Source of the DNA: Chiloscyllium plagiosum
Taxonomy: Eukaryota
Direction: 5' to 3'
NCBI RefSeq assembly: GCF_004010195.1
Contig: NC_057719.1
Span: 82,817,060-82,856,494 of the forward strand
Length of the DNA stretch: 39,435 bases
The notes beneath the pieces were generated by a model. That model searched no databases. It worked only from the letters and a program-made list of their open reading frames with translations, and was not told the DNA's origin. The position numbers were made by a program, and so were the translations under genes. Within the stretch, counting starts at the first letter, position 1, and every line of letters begins with the position of its first letter. Shown here piece by piece: positions 36,500 to 39,435 of the stretch.

Positions 36500-37080
36500 T
36501 CAGTCCATGGCCAAAATCTGTCACGAAGTTTGTCTATTAAGAAAACTTAGGGAGCAGTAGTCCTGTACACTCTGCTGTAAGTGAGACACTTGGACTGTGT
36601 ACCAGTTTCATGCCAAGAAGCCCAAACACTTGCACTTTAGTTCCCTTCAAATTCTGCTGAAGGTTAGATGATAGAACCACCTGATACCAAGGGCTTGCCT
36701 GAGTAAGCGTGTCACACATCCACATCATGAGAAAGTCACAACAAATTTGAGCTGGTCATGTGGTCAGAATGCCTGACTTTCACTTACCAAAGCAATCTTC
36801 AAAGAAAGCTAGAGTCTGAGTGTGCTTTAAAGGAAGTCCAACAAGGATAATCTGACAGGTTCACTGAAGAGTTTGGATATCAACTTTTTTGAGTCCTGGT
36901 CAAAGCTTACAGGGTCACTGCATCTGGTATGACCAAATAAAAAAATGGTGCAGCCTCCTTTAAAAGCAAATGCGCAGAGAAGGCAGAGAGAAAACACGAG
37001 AGGAGGAATTTCTGACCCAGCAACTCGTCCAAAACTTAAACATCCAGAACCCTACAAAACACCCTAGCTGACACATGTGG
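36500..37080 (+). mobile_element. Decayed RTE-clade LINE C-terminal fragment
   Basis: Remnants of AVVLYTLL / TWTVYQFHAKKPKHLH / AGHVVRMPDFHLPKQ. Confidence 0.65.
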
Positions 37081-37269
37081 TTATCTTTATCTTGAAGAAG
37101 AAAAGACCATACCTCATCACAATGTCTAATTATCTCGTAAATGACTCCACAACTCTGTCCAGTCTCCATGTTCATTCCTTTATTTTGAATCCCAGTGGAT
37201 CAAACCTTAGCCCGGTCATTCCGACACCAAATTTTAATAGACCATGGAACATTCCATTCATCGTTGAAG

Positions 37270-37494
37270 ACCATACGAAATAGGAGCGCCTAGAACCATT
37301 CAGTAGGATCAGGCTGATCCTTCACTCCTCACATCTGCCATCCCACCCTTTCCACGTGACCCTTGATTCTCCTGCTGATCAAGAATCTATCTCGCCTTAA
37401 AATATATACAAGGACTCTGCCTCACAACTCTCTGTAGCAAGAGGTTTCGAAAGACACTCAACCCCCAGTGAAGAAATTCTCCTCATCTCAGTCC
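37270..37494 (-). mobile_element. CR1 3' end, cut by the L1 poly(A) insertion
   Basis: CR1 tail and GAAGAAATTCTCCTCATCTCAGTC motif abutting the T-rich L1 end. Confidence 0.7.
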
Positions 37495-39435
37495 TTTTTT
37501 TTATTAGATATTTTTATTAGAGATTTAACATTTTTACAAGTTTAGAAAAATAAACAAAACTCTCAAATACAAACATTGATATACAATTAAATCAAATATA
37601 CAATAGCCAAAATTTAACAAAAGAAAAAATACCAAAAAAGAAAAAAAAGCAAAACTCAACTGTCTACTAATCTAACCTACAACTAACCAGAGTGTATATT
37701 TAAGTCTCTTACATGCTTGGAATGTGTTAACATCAAATGTAATAAAACCCGTATTCGTGTGGGATTCCTCTCCTAAGAGGCCCCGGACCAGCCAGGTTTG
37801 TAATCTCAATTAAATAAAAGCCCTTGTTAGGATAGCCGAGATATCTGTATTAATGTAATTCAAGAACGGCTGCCATATTTTATAAAATAATTTGGTCTTT
37901 CGGTGTACCATATTTGTAAGGAAGTCAAGGCGAATACATTCCATAATTAATCTGTGCCAATTTGAAAGTCCAGAGGTGCATAGGGGGATGTTTTATGTGA
38001 ATTACCCTCATTTTGCTGCATTATATTCCAAGCCTTGATTGTATTTAGTATTATAGGGTTTTTACAGTGATCTGTAATGATTTTCCTCTTGTCTGAAAAT
38101 AAAAGGTTAATAAGTGGGTATTTTACTTGAGAGGCCTCGATGTCCAACCAGATTGATTGTGGATCAGACAAGACTCAATCAGCTATATAACTTAATAGGG
38201 AATTTAACTGATATTTCCTAAAATCTGGGAAGTCCAATCCTCCCCTTGCCGGTGGAAGCTGTAGCTTCTTCAGCTTAATGAGGGGCCGCCTATGATTCCA
38301 GATAAAGGAACTCAGCCAGCCATATAATTTACATAAAGCCGTCCTCGGCAGCATCACCGGAAGCATTCTCATAGGATATAGGAGACGGGGCAGGACATTC
38401 ATTTTAATTAGTGCTATTCTACCCAACCAGAAAATTGGAAGGTCTCCCCATTGCTGGAGGTCCTGCCTTATCCTTTCCAATAAATACACAAAATTAGCCT
38501 TATACAACTGACCAAATACTGGAGTAATAAAAATGCCTAAATATAAGAAACCCCCCAGGGACCAGCGAAAGGGAAAAAGGGAACCGTCCGCTAAGCGGGG
38601 TATCACAGCAAGGCCACCCATTGGCATAGCCTCCGATTTTGAAAAATTAATTTTATAGCCTGAGAATGCACTAAATGTATTAATAACTTGGATTAAGCGA
38701 GGTATGGACATCAAAGGGTTACTGAGGAATAGAAGAACATCATCTGCATAAAGGGTAATTTTATGTTTACCTGTACCAATCCTTGGGGCCACTATATTAG
38801 GATCAGCTCGTATAGCATCTGCTAGTGGTTCAATTATTAGCGTGAATAACAATGGTGAGAGGGGACATCCCTGACGGCAGCCCCGACCCACACTGAAGCT
38901 ATCCGAGCCTAATCCATTGGTAACCACAACTGCTTTGGGATCACTATACAATGTTGAGACCCATTTGGTAAACACCTGTCCAACACCAAACCTCTCCAAT
39001 GTGTAAAACAAATATGACCATTCGACCCTATCAAATGCCTTTTCCGCGTCTAATGAAACCACTACTCCTGGTATCTTTCCCTGATGACAAGCTTGAATCA
39101 TATTCAGAACCCTTCTAACATTATTGGATGATCTACGGCCCTTAATAAACCCCGTCTGATCCACCTTTATAATATGTGGCAGTATCCTTTCTAGTCTCAG
39201 TGCTAACGTTTTAGAGAGGATTTTAAAATCTACATTTAGCAAGGATATTGGTCTGTATGATGCACAATCTTCTGGGTCCTTTCCTTTTTTAAGGATAAGA
39301 GAAATATTTGCCTCTTTCAGCGAAGGCGGGAGACAGCCCTGACTATATGCATAGTGATACATGTCCATAAGTGGACCAACCAGTATTTCTGTAAATTCTT
39401 TATAGAATTCAGCTTGAAAACCATCTGGGCCCAGC
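37495..39435 (-). mobile_element. L1-clade LINE (ORF2 RT and 3' end; continues beyond the window)
   Basis: YRPISLLNVDFKILSK, SLDAEKAFDRVEW, GCRQGCPLSPLLF, LYADD motifs. In-frame TGA at 38175-38177 with the frame continuing to ~37975, then an apparent deletion. A-rich tail at ~37495-37520. Confidence 0.93.

Noticed and set aside
38175..39368. 397 aa ORF as intact L1 ORF2, or TGA recoding at 38175
   Set aside because: The TGA is most simply a TGG-to-TGA nonsense change and a deletion follows; nothing indicates programmed readthrough.

Overview
Vertebrate genomic DNA, very likely a shark. The repeat content (HE1/V-SINEs, HER1/CR1 LINEs, Penelope-like short repeats) is what I recognise from elasmobranchs; this is inference, not a database result. 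The + strand carries the last two coding exons of MAPKBP1 (468-553, 1330-1641) with a probable ~4.3 kb 3' UTR, and coding exons 2-6 of JMJD7 (15968-27938). This is the MAPKBP1-JMJD7 order known from human. JMJD7 exon 1 is not visible and is probably in the 500-N gap at 15229-15728; exons 7-8 are not in the window. Most of the rest is transposon debris: CR1, L2, L1, RTE, Gypsy, solo LTRs, Harbinger, Tigger-like pieces and SINEs. Three observations stand out. (1) Two Penelope-like repeat families carry co-varying minimal hammerhead-ribozyme-like motifs and often integrate as fold-back palindromes with 12-17 bp TSDs. (2) Several insertions are patchworks copied from nearby DNA with template switches; the clearest is 13960-14223 (inverted 141 bp local copy + 38 bp local copy + Penelope fragment, all inside one 13 bp TSD). 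(3) A SINE sits inside the 3' splice site region of the MAPKBP1 terminal exon. Nearly all ORFs in the supplied track are spurious or TE-derived. Repeat boundaries are approximate unless a TSD is quoted.
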